Source of the DNA: Candidatus Krumholzibacteriota bacterium | Lineage (GTDB): Bacteria > Krumholzibacteriota > Krumholzibacteriia > JAJRXK01 | NCBI GenBank assembly: GCA_963727455.1 | Contig: CAVSGG010000005.1 | Coordinates: 192,001-256,000, forward strand | Direction: 5' to 3' | DNA length: 64,000 bases | Shown here: piece after piece, positions 19,150 through 28,135 of the stretch | Position numbering within the stretch: position 1 is the stretch's first letter | How the letters are laid out: each line of letters starts with the position of its first letter | The notes under the pieces: model-generated | Databases searched by the model: none | Told to the model about the DNA's origin: nothing | The model's input: the letters and a program-made list of their open reading frames with translations, nothing else | Made by a program: the position numbers and the translations under genes

Positions 19150-21278
19150 AGGCTACGAGAGTGCACGAGCCGTCCCTCGACCTCACGATCATACTCGTGA
19201 GTTATCATAGCGCCCATCCCCTCAGGGCCTTTTTCGAGAGCTATCGCCGCCATCCGGTTACGGCCTCCCACGAGATTTTGGTCGTGGACAACGCCCCAGG
19301 AGACGGTGTGGCTGACTGGATCGAAGAGGAGCATCCCGAAGTCAAGCTGATCTCTAACCCCAGGAACGTGGGCTACGCCCGTGGAGTGAATGCGGGAATC
19401 GAGCGCGCGGCCGGGCGTGCTATTCTGGTCATCAATCCGGACGTGGAGCTATCCGAGGGGGGAGTCGATCGAGCGCTGAACTACCTGAATGAGCATCCCG
19501 AGGCGGGGATCGTGGGGGCGCGGCTTCTCAATCGCGACGGTTCGCTGCAGAACAGCGCTCGTCGCTTTTACACCCTGCAGACGATTCTCTTGCGCCGGAC
19601 GCCCCTGGGCCGTCTGAATCCCGACCATCCCGAACTCAAACGTCACCTCATGCTCGATGAGGACCTCGATCACCCCCGTCCCGTCGACTGGGTCATGGGG
19701 GCGTGGATGCTGGTGCGTCGCTCCGCCATCGAGGCGGTCGGGAAGATGGATGGCCGATTCTTCATGTACTTCGAGGATGTCGATTGGTGCTATCGAATGT
19801 GGGCCGGTGGATTCGAGGTGCACTATTTCCCCGACTCTAGCTTCGTCCATGCCTACGAACGCAGCAGCGGTGGTTTGAACAGAACGCTACTCTATCACTT
19901 GCGTTCCTTCGCCAGTTACTACGACAAGTGGGGAGCACTGGTCTACGTAGCGAAGCAACTGCGGCGCGGTTGGGAGAAGCTGAGTGCATTCGTCCTCGAC
20001 CTCGTGTTCTTGAACCTGGCATTCCTTGCGTCCTATTTCGCTCGCTTGCTCCTGCAGCCGGCACTCCCCTTACCGCTGTACGCCTTTGCCGAGTATCTCC
20101 CTTTGCTTGCATTTACAAACGTAGTGGCCGCATTCACTTTACCCTTGGCGGGCCGCTACGTTTCGACACACAACGAACGTCCGCTCTCGCGCTGGATCGA
20201 TAGCGGACGGCTCGCGCTCACGATTACTCTGCTCGTCATGGCCGGCACCTGGCTCGCTCATACTCGCACCTTCAGCCGTCTCGTCATCGTCTTTCTCTTC
20301 CCCCTATTGACGGTGGCTCTACAGCTCTCCCGAGTTCTCCTGAAACGACTTTTGGCTGGAGGTACTGCGGGGAGTGGATTCGACCGCGCCGCTGTCGTGG
20401 GCGACGTGGCTGAGGTGGAGCGCCTTCAGAGGGAGCTCTCCGCCCGAGACCACGAATCTCTCATCGTGGCGGGGCGGGTTCCACTGGCTGGGTCGGAGAG
20501 TGCAGCGGAAAGAGGCCTCCGCGTATTGGGCCCGGTGGAAAATCTCGAGACGATTGTCGAGACCTACCGGCTTGGCGAGGTTCTCGTCGCGGGGGGGACG
20601 GAGCAGAGAGAGCTGACGGTTGCGAAACTGAGGCAGATCGCGGCAGCTGGGGTCGCAGTCTACCTTCTACCACCATGGGCGGAGCTCCTGCGCGGGATGG
20701 ATGGCCTGGTCCGTCGCCACGGGTGCTCCTGGCTGCAGATTCGTCCTCCCACCATGCTCGCAGAAGGCGCATGGGCCAAGGCGGCTCTCGACCGCTTGGG
20801 TGGAGCGCTGCTCTGTCTTTTGTCACTCCCCGGCTTCGTGTTATGCTCAGCGCTCGGGCGGCCTTTGGGCCTCGTCCGCTGGCGTGGCTCCCAGAGGCTC
20901 GGTCAGCGCCGCCGGGTCATTCACTGGCCCGAACTCGTGAGTGGCCGAAGTGGACGTGCCCTCTGGGGCCTGGTACAACTGCCCGTCTTTTGGCAGGTGC
21001 TCGCCGGACGGCTCAGTCTGGTGGGCCCGTTCGCGTTTTCTCCACTGCGGGAAAAGGAGCTTCGTCCGATCCACCTGTTACGGTTCGCCGTCAAGCCCGG
21101 TCTTGCGGGCCTCTGGCAACAAGAGTGCAACGAGACGACTCTCGAGTCCCTCGTATCCAGTGATCTCGATTATCTGGAGCAGTGGTCGCTGACGCTTGAT
21201 TTGGATCTCCTGCTGTCGGCTCTGCCGGGAATCCTCTTTCGTCGTGACTTCTGGCACCGACTTCCCCGAAGTTCCTGA
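19146..21278 (+). CDS. GT2 fused to a WcaJ/WbaP-like sugar transferase module with a degenerate PGT domain
   Basis: N-terminal GT2 (VVDNA, INPD, YFEDVDWC), ~4 TMs, Rossmann-like segment, C-terminal LSLVGP / VKPGLAGLWQ / DLDYLEQWSL. Confidence 0.8.
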   Translation: MKATRVHEPSLDLTIILVSYHSAHPLRAFFESYRRHPVTASHEILVVDNAPGDGVADWIEEEHPEVKLISNPRNVGYARGVNAGIERAAGRAILVINPDVELSEGGVDRALNYLNEHPEAGIVGARLLNRDGSLQNSARRFYTLQTILLRRTPLGRLNPDHPELKRHLMLDEDLDHPRPVDWVMGAWMLVRRSAIEAVGKMDGRFFMYFEDVDWCYRMWAGGFEVHYFPDSSFVHAYERSSGGLNRTLLYHLRSFASYYDKWGALVYVAKQLRRGWEKLSAFVLDLVFLNLAFLASYFARLLLQPALPLPLYAFAEYLPLLAFTNVVAAFTLPLAGRYVSTHNERPLSRWIDSGRLALTITLLVMAGTWLAHTRTFSRLVIVFLFPLLTVALQLSRVLLKRLLAGGTAGSGFDRAAVVGDVAEVERLQRELSARDHESLIVAGRVPLAGSESAAERGLRVLGPVENLETIVETYRLGEVLVAGGTEQRELTVAKLRQIAAAGVAVYLLPPWAELLRGMDGLVRRHGCSWLQIRPPTMLAEGAWAKAALDRLGGALLCLLSLPGFVLCSALGRPLGLVRWRGSQRLGQRRRVIHWPELVSGRSGRALWGLVQLPVFWQVLAGRLSLVGPFAFSPLREKELRPIHLLRFAVKPGLAGLWQQECNETTLESLVSSDLDYLEQWSLTLDLDLLLSALPGILFRRDFWHRLPRSS

Positions 21279-21288
21279 AGTGGATCCC

Positions 21289-23718
21289 ATGAAAACCTGC
21301 ATCTTCTGGACGTTCCTTCTTCTCTCCCTTCTATTTTGGTCTCCGCGCGCCTCGGCAGATCTGACCGAGGCGGGACCCTGGTCCACAACCTCCCAGCTGC
21401 GTGAGGTTCGGCGCATGACCCTCTTTGCGGGGAAGCTGATCGCGGCCACGCCTCAGGGGGGCCTACTCCTGATCGATCCCACTAGCGGAGCGATCAGCCG
21501 CTTCAACAGTGGCGACGGACTCAGTTCCGACGCGATCAGCGACCTGGCCGTCTCGCCGAGTGGCGAGCTGTGGCTGGCCACGGGAGGCGAGGGCATCTCT
21601 CCCGCCGGTCTCTGTAGCCTCGATGCCGGCTTCGGCGTGCGTACGGTGGCACAGAACCTCGCGTCGCTCGAAGTCACCGCGGTCGCCGCTGACGGCGATT
21701 TCGTCTACTACGGAACGCGCATGGACGGTGCTGGCCGTCTCAGCTCCGGAGTGCCCGAAGCGATTTACACCTCCGCGGGGGAAGGACTCGCAGACGACCG
21801 CGTGCTCTATGCGGCTGCCTATGGTGGCGAGGCATGGTTCGCCACCCAGGGGGGGCTGAGCCGCTTCAAGAACGGCGTCTTGCAGACCTTCAACGACGGA
21901 CTGGAGTTCATGGTAGTGCGGGATCTGATTGCCGGATCGCAGGGAGCCTTCGCCGCGGACCGCACGGGGGTGAAGAGGTTCGATCCGGACAGCGGGAGCT
22001 GGGTGCAGTTCGGCAGCGGATTGAGCGATAGTCTGCGCGCCCTGAGCTTTGATGGAGAGGATCTGGTGGGCTTGGGGTATGCGGGGACGGCCTGGCGTCT
22101 TCCAGCGCAATCGAGTCAATGGCAGAGTCGCGCTTTGGACCTCACGGGGCGGGTCTTGCAAACGCTCGCACCGGACGGTCAGGGACATGTGTGGTACGGA
22201 GGGTACCAAGTGGACCTGCAACGCACCCTGCAGGGACCGCGGGCGTGCCTGCTCGAGCCCGATTCCGGTCGCGTTCTCACCGCCATCGGTCTTTTGGGCG
22301 TCAACGTACAGAACCTGGTGCCCGATGGCAAAGGTGGGGCTTGGGTGAGTTGCCTTGCGCCCTACAACGGACTCACGCATTGGCGCGCCGATGGTAGCTT
22401 CGTCCATTACGATTACGAACAATCGGTTGCCGGATTCGGTTGGTGTGCGAATCGGACCAAGTTCGGTCTGGCCCTCGATTCCAACTCCGACCTTTGGGTG
22501 AGTAACTTCCGGGATTGTCTCACGCGGCTACGTCCGGCGGCCGACGACGATCCCGCGAACGCGGAGTACCTCGACTTGCCGGTGGATGAGAGCCCGCTCC
22601 GCCTGCGGCGCATCCGCCAGATCGTGGAAGATCCGCAAGGCAGAATCTGGCTCCTCAGCGAAGGGGACCTAGCCGATGCCGGCCTGGGGATCGACATCAT
22701 CGAGCATCCTAGCCGTCCGGAGGACCCCACCGCCTGGAGAGAACTTTCTCCTTCCAACAGTCAGCTCCTGGATGGATGGGTGACCAGCGTCACCTTCCAG
22801 GATCCGGGAATCGCGTGGATCTGCATCGACGGAGAGGGGGTTCAGCGCTGGGACTACGACGGCCTGGCCGATGATGGGGTCATGCGCAGCAGCCAATTCA
22901 ATTCGAGTGCAGCCTGGGATCTCATTCCCTACGTCGGAGCTTCGAGCGCGGTCGCGTTCAGCCAACCGCGGCAGGTTGCGATCGCACAGAACGGACTCGT
23001 CTACATTGCCGCTGCGGACCTGGGTGTCCTGGAGTTGCGTTATACTCCATTCTTGGCGGATGACTCCGAACGGATCAAGTTCTTGCGAGTCTTCCGCGCC
23101 GGTCAGGCCGGACTCGGGTTGCTCAGTGGGAATGCGAGTGGATGCGTATTCGACCCCAGCGGACGCCTGTGGGTGACGACCTCGGCCGGTTTGAATCGAC
23201 TGGATGTCGCCGCGAACCAGTTGAAGATCGACGCCTGGACGACCGTCGATGCGTTTACCACCTTCCAACTTCAACTCTCGGGGTATCGAGCCGAAGTGAT
23301 CTCGCCAATGGCGGGAGCCGACTTGCAGAACATCGTCTACGATCCGGTCGAGCGAGCGATGGTGATGGGGAGCACCGTGGGTGCGAGCCGCGTGTCGACC
23401 AGCATCGGCATCGAAGCGCAACCGCCGGCGGATCAAATCTCTTTCGTCATCTATCCGAATCCCTACCCGGGACGAGAAGGGACACAGGAAGGGATTTTCC
23501 TCAGAGGGATCGAGGGATCAGGTGAGGTTCTAGTTCAGGTCTACGACCTCCAGGGCACATTGATCACCGAGGCCAATTTCACGAGCGAGGAGTTGTCGAC
23601 GCGCGCGGTATGGGATGTGAAGGACCTGAAGTTCAGAAACGCCGCCAGCGGGCTCTATATTGTACGGGTGAGCCGCGCCGGAGGTACGGCTTCAGAAGTG
23701 CTCGCGGTGGAGAGATGA
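21289..23718 (+). CDS. Secreted beta-propeller protein with T9SS/FlgD-like C-terminal domain (PorZ-like)
   Basis: Signal peptide, repeated regulator-propeller blades (GLSSDAI, D..G.LW), C-terminal IYPNP...VYDLQG...WDVKD...ASGLYIVRV. Confidence 0.7.
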   Translation: MKTCIFWTFLLLSLLFWSPRASADLTEAGPWSTTSQLREVRRMTLFAGKLIAATPQGGLLLIDPTSGAISRFNSGDGLSSDAISDLAVSPSGELWLATGGEGISPAGLCSLDAGFGVRTVAQNLASLEVTAVAADGDFVYYGTRMDGAGRLSSGVPEAIYTSAGEGLADDRVLYAAAYGGEAWFATQGGLSRFKNGVLQTFNDGLEFMVVRDLIAGSQGAFAADRTGVKRFDPDSGSWVQFGSGLSDSLRALSFDGEDLVGLGYAGTAWRLPAQSSQWQSRALDLTGRVLQTLAPDGQGHVWYGGYQVDLQRTLQGPRACLLEPDSGRVLTAIGLLGVNVQNLVPDGKGGAWVSCLAPYNGLTHWRADGSFVHYDYEQSVAGFGWCANRTKFGLALDSNSDLWVSNFRDCLTRLRPAADDDPANAEYLDLPVDESPLRLRRIRQIVEDPQGRIWLLSEGDLADAGLGIDIIEHPSRPEDPTAWRELSPSNSQLLDGWVTSVTFQDPGIAWICIDGEGVQRWDYDGLADDGVMRSSQFNSSAAWDLIPYVGASSAVAFSQPRQVAIAQNGLVYIAAADLGVLELRYTPFLADDSERIKFLRVFRAGQAGLGLLSGNASGCVFDPSGRLWVTTSAGLNRLDVAANQLKIDAWTTVDAFTTFQLQLSGYRAEVISPMAGADLQNIVYDPVERAMVMGSTVGASRVSTSIGIEAQPPADQISFVIYPNPYPGREGTQEGIFLRGIEGSGEVLVQVYDLQGTLITEANFTSEELSTRAVWDVKDLKFRNAASGLYIVRVSRAGGTASEVLAVER

Positions 23719-25136
23719 AGAGAAGAGTACTCGTAATCGGAGCCGGTTCGGCCGGCCGGATGATCGCTGAGGAGCTGAGCGAAAACGGAGAGGAGTACAA
23801 CCGGGAGGTGGTCGCGTTCCTCGACGACGACCCCGCGTTGTTGGGCAAGGACATATTGGGACAGAGCGTCGTCGGCACGAGCGATGACGTGCAGCGTTTC
23901 GTTCGCGAACTCGCAATCGACGAAATCGTCATCGCCATTCCCTCCGGCCTGGGCTCGGTGGTGCGGCGCCTCATCTCTCTGGCGCAGAAAGCGCGCGTCC
24001 CGGTGAGAATCGTGCCCGGTGTCCGCGACATCATCGAGGGCACGGTGAGCTTCGAACAGGTGCGCGAGATCGCCCCCGAGGATTTGCTCGGGCGTGAAAC
24101 CGTCACCCTCGAAAAGGGCCCGATCCGCCAGGTCGTGGAGGGGCGGGAAGTGCTCATCACCGGAGCCGGAGGGAGTATCGGCAGCGAGATCTGCCGTCAA
24201 ATCGTCTCCTTTCATCCCTCACGTCTGTGGCTTCTTGGTCGCGGAGAAAACAGTCTCTTCGAAATCGAGGAGGAGCTGCGCGAAGGTCTGGGCTATCGGG
24301 ACGGCCGCGTGGTGATTGCCGACGTCCGTGACATGGATCGCTTGAACTTCTTGGCCAAAGATCTAAAGCCCGAGGTCATCGTGCACGCCGCGGCACACAA
24401 GCACGTTCCCTTCATGGAGATCTATCCTGAGGAAGCGGTGATGGTCAATGTGGTGGGCACGGCCAATCTCCTGAGTTTCTGTGAACTCGTGGGTGCCTCG
24501 CGTTTCGTGATGCTTTCCACCGACAAAGCCGTGCATCCGCGCAGTGTGATGGGTTCGACCAAGCGAATCGCCGAGTTCCTCGTGCAGTGCGCTGCCAAGC
24601 GAAATCACGCCTGTTATATGGCGGTACGTTTCGGCAACGTTTTGGGCAGTCGCGGCAGCGTCGTTCCGATCTTCCAGCGTCAACTGCGGCGAGGGGGACC
24701 TCTGACCGTCACCGACAAGCGGGCCAGTCGTTTCTTCATGACCATCAAGGAAGCGGCGATGCTGGTAGTACAGGCCATGGCCGGTGGGCAGGGGGGAGAG
24801 ATCTTCATTCTGGACATGGGCGAGGCGATCAAGATCTACGAGTTGGCGCGCAACGTCATTGCCTTGGCGGGATTGACCGAGGACGACGGAATCGAAATCG
24901 TGGAAACCGGCCTCCGTCCGGGTGAGAAACTCGAAGAGCTTTATCTGGCGACCACCGAGAGAACCGAACCTGGACCGCACTCGCAGATCCTCAGTGCCCG
25001 GCCCCAAATTCCGCGTGGATTCGAGGCGGATACCGTAGTCGAGGAGCTGCGATCCCTCGCGCACGCCGGAGACCGGGAAGGAATCCGTCGTTGTTTGGCG
25101 GCGTGGATTCCCGACCACGACAGTTCCTCCGACTAG
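23715..25136 (+). CDS. CapD/PglF-like UDP-GlcNAc 4,6-dehydratase lacking the N-terminal TM domain
   Basis: GAGSAG, EDLLGR, TGAGGSIGSE, HAAAHKHVP, STDKAV, RFGNVLGSRGSV, GLRPGEKL. Confidence 0.92.
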   Translation: MKRRVLVIGAGSAGRMIAEELSENGEEYNREVVAFLDDDPALLGKDILGQSVVGTSDDVQRFVRELAIDEIVIAIPSGLGSVVRRLISLAQKARVPVRIVPGVRDIIEGTVSFEQVREIAPEDLLGRETVTLEKGPIRQVVEGREVLITGAGGSIGSEICRQIVSFHPSRLWLLGRGENSLFEIEEELREGLGYRDGRVVIADVRDMDRLNFLAKDLKPEVIVHAAAHKHVPFMEIYPEEAVMVNVVGTANLLSFCELVGASRFVMLSTDKAVHPRSVMGSTKRIAEFLVQCAAKRNHACYMAVRFGNVLGSRGSVVPIFQRQLRRGGPLTVTDKRASRFFMTIKEAAMLVVQAMAGGQGGEIFILDMGEAIKIYELARNVIALAGLTEDDGIEIVETGLRPGEKLEELYLATTERTEPGPHSQILSARPQIPRGFEADTVVEELRSLAHAGDREGIRRCLAAWIPDHDSSSD

Positions 25137-25147
25137 AAAACGCTGTG

Positions 25148-26110
25148 ATGCGGCAATCGGGATTCACAATCAGAACTAAAGACGAAGTGGATGCCGGGGA
25201 GTGGGAGGAGCTGCTCGCGAGCGATCCGCGTTCCCTGTTGTTCCAAGCCCCCGCTTGGTTGAAGCGCTTCGTGCGCAACCATCCCCGAAAGCAAGCGCGC
25301 TGGCTCGAATTGCGGGACGAGGGGGGAGAGCTCCTTTCCGGTATGCCCTACGCCCTTTCCTCACGTTGGGGATTGCGCGCCATCGCGAGTGGAATCGCCG
25401 GAACCTATGGAGGGCCGGTAAGCCGGCAGGGGAAGTGGGCGGCGGAGCGCGAGATTCTACGCTACTACCTGAGGCTAGGGGGGAAGCGCTGCGTCCTACG
25501 CGAAATGCTCTGGGGCCACGAGGCCCCCCCCGCCGGAGCCGGACAGGAACTTCATCCCATCGAAACCGCCGTCATCGATCTTTCCGATGGCTTCGAGGGA
25601 TTCTGGGCGCACTCCCTCACCCACAACCGCCGCAACGAATGCAACCGCAGCGAGAGGCGGGGGCTCATCTCCCGCGAGAGTCGCGAGCTGGATCTTCTGC
25701 GGTCGTTTTACCCGCTCTATCAAAAGCGCAGCGAGCAGTGGGGGAAGATCCCGCACTCCCTGCGCTTTCTCGAGGAAGTGGTCGAGGAGGAAGAATCCTC
25801 GCTGCTCATCTCCTGCGAGTACGAAGGCCGAGTGGTGGGCATGCACGTCTGCTTCGATCTGGGTGCGGAGTTCCTTGCCTGGCTGGGAACCAGCGAGCGT
25901 CTTCGTGAGGTTTTTCCCGCCACCATGATGGTGAAAGCGGGAGTGCAAGCCGCCGCGGCTCGCGGATGCAAGCGCATGAACCTGGGCTCCAGCTTGGGGC
26001 TGCGTGGGGTGTCGGAGTTCAAAAAACTCGTGGGGGCCGAGAGCTCTCGGCGCTGGCTTCTGCATCAGCAGGCGGGCTGGCTGCAATGGGCGCGCAGGCG
26101 CTCTCGATGA
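25148..26110 (+). CDS. FemAB-like / GNAT-fold acyltransferase
   Basis: LFQAPAW, YGGP, RRNECNRSERRGL, GVSEFKKLVGA pattern typical of polysaccharide-locus GNATs. Confidence 0.7.
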   Translation: MRQSGFTIRTKDEVDAGEWEELLASDPRSLLFQAPAWLKRFVRNHPRKQARWLELRDEGGELLSGMPYALSSRWGLRAIASGIAGTYGGPVSRQGKWAAEREILRYYLRLGGKRCVLREMLWGHEAPPAGAGQELHPIETAVIDLSDGFEGFWAHSLTHNRRNECNRSERRGLISRESRELDLLRSFYPLYQKRSEQWGKIPHSLRFLEEVVEEEESSLLISCEYEGRVVGMHVCFDLGAEFLAWLGTSERLREVFPATMMVKAGVQAAAARGCKRMNLGSSLGLRGVSEFKKLVGAESSRRWLLHQQAGWLQWARRRSR

Positions 26111-26980
26111 ACCCGGGGAAGGACCCCGGTCGCTTCGAGGCAACCCAGGAAGCAACGAGCCAGATAGCCATCGCCCTGGGACGGATACGCCTTACGGTGG
26201 GATAGGTTCTCCCTGTGCTCCTCTGGTCGGCCGGCGCGCTTGCTGCACAACGCGGTCACGCTGGCGAGCTTGATTCTCGTCGCAGCCGGCCTACCGCTCC
26301 TCGGCATAACTTCCTAGTTCCGCGGACTTCGTCAACGGAAGGGCTGGAATTGGCTGGGCCCGTTCCTTCTCCTCTGGCCGGTTCTTTCACCCTGCGCCTA
26401 TCTGGTCAAGGACGTGACCTTGGTCAGTCGCTATCTGGAGATCCTCTTGCCCATTCTCCTGTTTGTTTCGTGCCGGGGCCTAGCCTCCATGCACTGGCAG
26501 TCTCTGGCCCGGGCGGCGGTCTCGGCCCAGCTCGTTCTCGCACTCTGTCTCAGCGCGCTGTGGGTCGCTCCCAGCGTGCGGGCCTACTCCAGCAGCGCGC
26601 AACGCACCCTGGGACGGATCGGCGATTGGCTGCGGAAGAACACGGAAGCCGACGCGCTGGTGGCGATCTACGATATCGGGCTCGTCGGGTATCGCAGCCA
26701 ACGAACCATCCTCGATCGGGGTGGCCTGGTGCATCCGGGGATCAACCGTCTTCGGGACAAGGTGGACGATGAACTCATTCTGCGGCCGGGCCTCTTCCTG
26801 CGCTTCGCGAACCCCCAGTGGTTGGTGGACCGGAGGGACGCTCCCCGGGCCCTGGACGCTCAGACCCTCGGGGATTTCCGCTTGGAGGCCGTCCTCGATG
26901 GCGAAGTCTCCAAGCTGGGACTGACACGTCCCGAACCGGTTTCCTACACCCTCTATCGCCTCGTTCCTCGCCCCGACTGA
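26107..26980 (+). pseudogene. Disrupted membrane glycosyltransferase-like gene
   Basis: Hydrophobic frame continues upstream of the 26414 ORF through an in-frame TAG at 26315-26317. C-terminal DIGLVGYRSQRTILDRGGLV motif. An ATG at 26107 overlaps the GNAT stop but is in another frame. Confidence 0.6.
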
Positions 26981-27033
26981 GCGCCTCCCCCACGAGTTTT
27001 CCCCGCTTTTTTTGGCCGGCGTGAGATTTCGGT

Positions 27034-27062
27034 TTGACACCCGAATGTGCCGAGTTCAAGAT
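27034..27062 (+). promoter_or_regulatory. Sigma70-type promoter of the dcw cluster
   Basis: TTGACA (27034-39), 17 bp spacer, CAAGAT (27057-62), upstream of mraZ. Confidence 0.65.
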
Positions 27063-27070
27063 GGCTCTCG

Positions 27071-27109
27071 ATGAGGGGATAAAAGGGGATAGATAGGGAA
27101 ATTCCCTAT
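27071..27109 (+). promoter_or_regulatory. Probable MraZ operator repeats plus a 17-bp palindrome
   Basis: atgaggggat/aaaaggggat/agatagggaa at 10-bp period; ATAGGGAA-A-TTCCCTAT dyad at 27093-27109. Confidence 0.6.
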
Positions 27110-27153
27110 AACCTATGGAATAAAAACAAGATACAGGATAGCAGATAGCCCAA

Positions 27154-27633
27154 ATGGACCCACGCACGCCGCAGCCCATTCCCAGTGCACGCTTCCACGG
27201 ACGCTTCCGTCAGAAGATCGACGAGAAGGGGCGCGTCAGTCTGCCGGCTCTCTTCCGGCGGGCCATTCCCCGCGAGGGAAGCGAGGACAACGGGACCCTG
27301 ATTCTCATCAAGGGGCCCGATGGCTATCTGCAGGCGTTCTCGGTGCAAGAATGGGAGGAACGCATCGAGCGCATCAACGCCGCGTCCCAGGCGAAGGGAG
27401 CCGAGGCTCGTTGGCGCCGTCGGGAACTCTTCAGCTCGGTGGTGCCACTGAGCTTGGATGACAAGGGGCGCTGCACCATCCCCCGGCAGTTGCTCGAAGA
27501 GGTCGGTATCGGCCAGGAATGTCTGATCCTAGGTGTGGATCGAGTCATCGAAATCTGGGACCCCCAGCGCTTCTTCGAATTGGAGGCGGCGCAGGAGCTG
27601 GATCTCAGTGATGTGGAGGACATCCTCTTCTAG
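27154..27633 (+). CDS. mraZ: Transcriptional regulator MraZ
   Basis: IDEKGRVSLP and LDDKGRCTIP repeats, IEIWD; heads the dcw cluster. Confidence 0.95.
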   Translation: MDPRTPQPIPSARFHGRFRQKIDEKGRVSLPALFRRAIPREGSEDNGTLILIKGPDGYLQAFSVQEWEERIERINAASQAKGAEARWRRRELFSSVVPLSLDDKGRCTIPRQLLEEVGIGQECLILGVDRVIEIWDPQRFFELEAAQELDLSDVEDILF

Positions 27634-27650
27634 TGGAGGAATACGAGACG

Positions 27651-28130
27651 ATGAAATCACTCGACGGTAAGACGCGGATTTCTTCGGGGAATGTTCAGGC
27701 GCCCACGACCCGTGCGTGGGGAGGCTTCGTCATTCTGCCGCGCGACAACGGCGTGCTGCACGTTCGCCTCACCGGTCTGTTGAGTGCGGAGAGGATTCGG
27801 GATTTGAGAGTGAGCCTGAGTGCATGCCGTCGACGCGACGGGTCCACCACCTTCGTTCTGCTCGACGCCACCCATCTCGTTCAATTTTCACAAGAAGTCG
27901 CGCAGCAGTTGCTGCACGAAGAATACCGCTGGCGGAGTGAGGGGATCGTGACGCTCTGGCTCGGACTCTCGCTCTACATGGCCAACTTGCTCGTATTAGT
28001 CGGATCGGATCACAAGATCTCCCTGCTCTCGGACCTCGGGACGGCGCTGGTTGCGGTGGACTCGGTAGCGGGTCTTCCCGCCGCTGCCGCGCGTGCGAGG
28101 CTCCAGGCCTGGGACATCATGCGGCACTGA
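27651..28130 (+). CDS. STAS-like domain protein
   Basis: GGAGGA RBS; STAS-type pattern VRLTGLL...VLLDATHL...LGLSLYMANLL; fills the mraZ-rsmH gap. Confidence 0.55.
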   Translation: MKSLDGKTRISSGNVQAPTTRAWGGFVILPRDNGVLHVRLTGLLSAERIRDLRVSLSACRRRDGSTTFVLLDATHLVQFSQEVAQQLLHEEYRWRSEGIVTLWLGLSLYMANLLVLVGSDHKISLLSDLGTALVAVDSVAGLPAAAARARLQAWDIMRH

Positions 28131-28135
28131 CCTCC

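Noticed and set aside
26315-26317. TAG recoding (pyrrolysine or alternative code)
   Set aside because: TAG is a normal stop for several genes here (smc, mraZ, uppP), and the gene is also 5'-disrupted.
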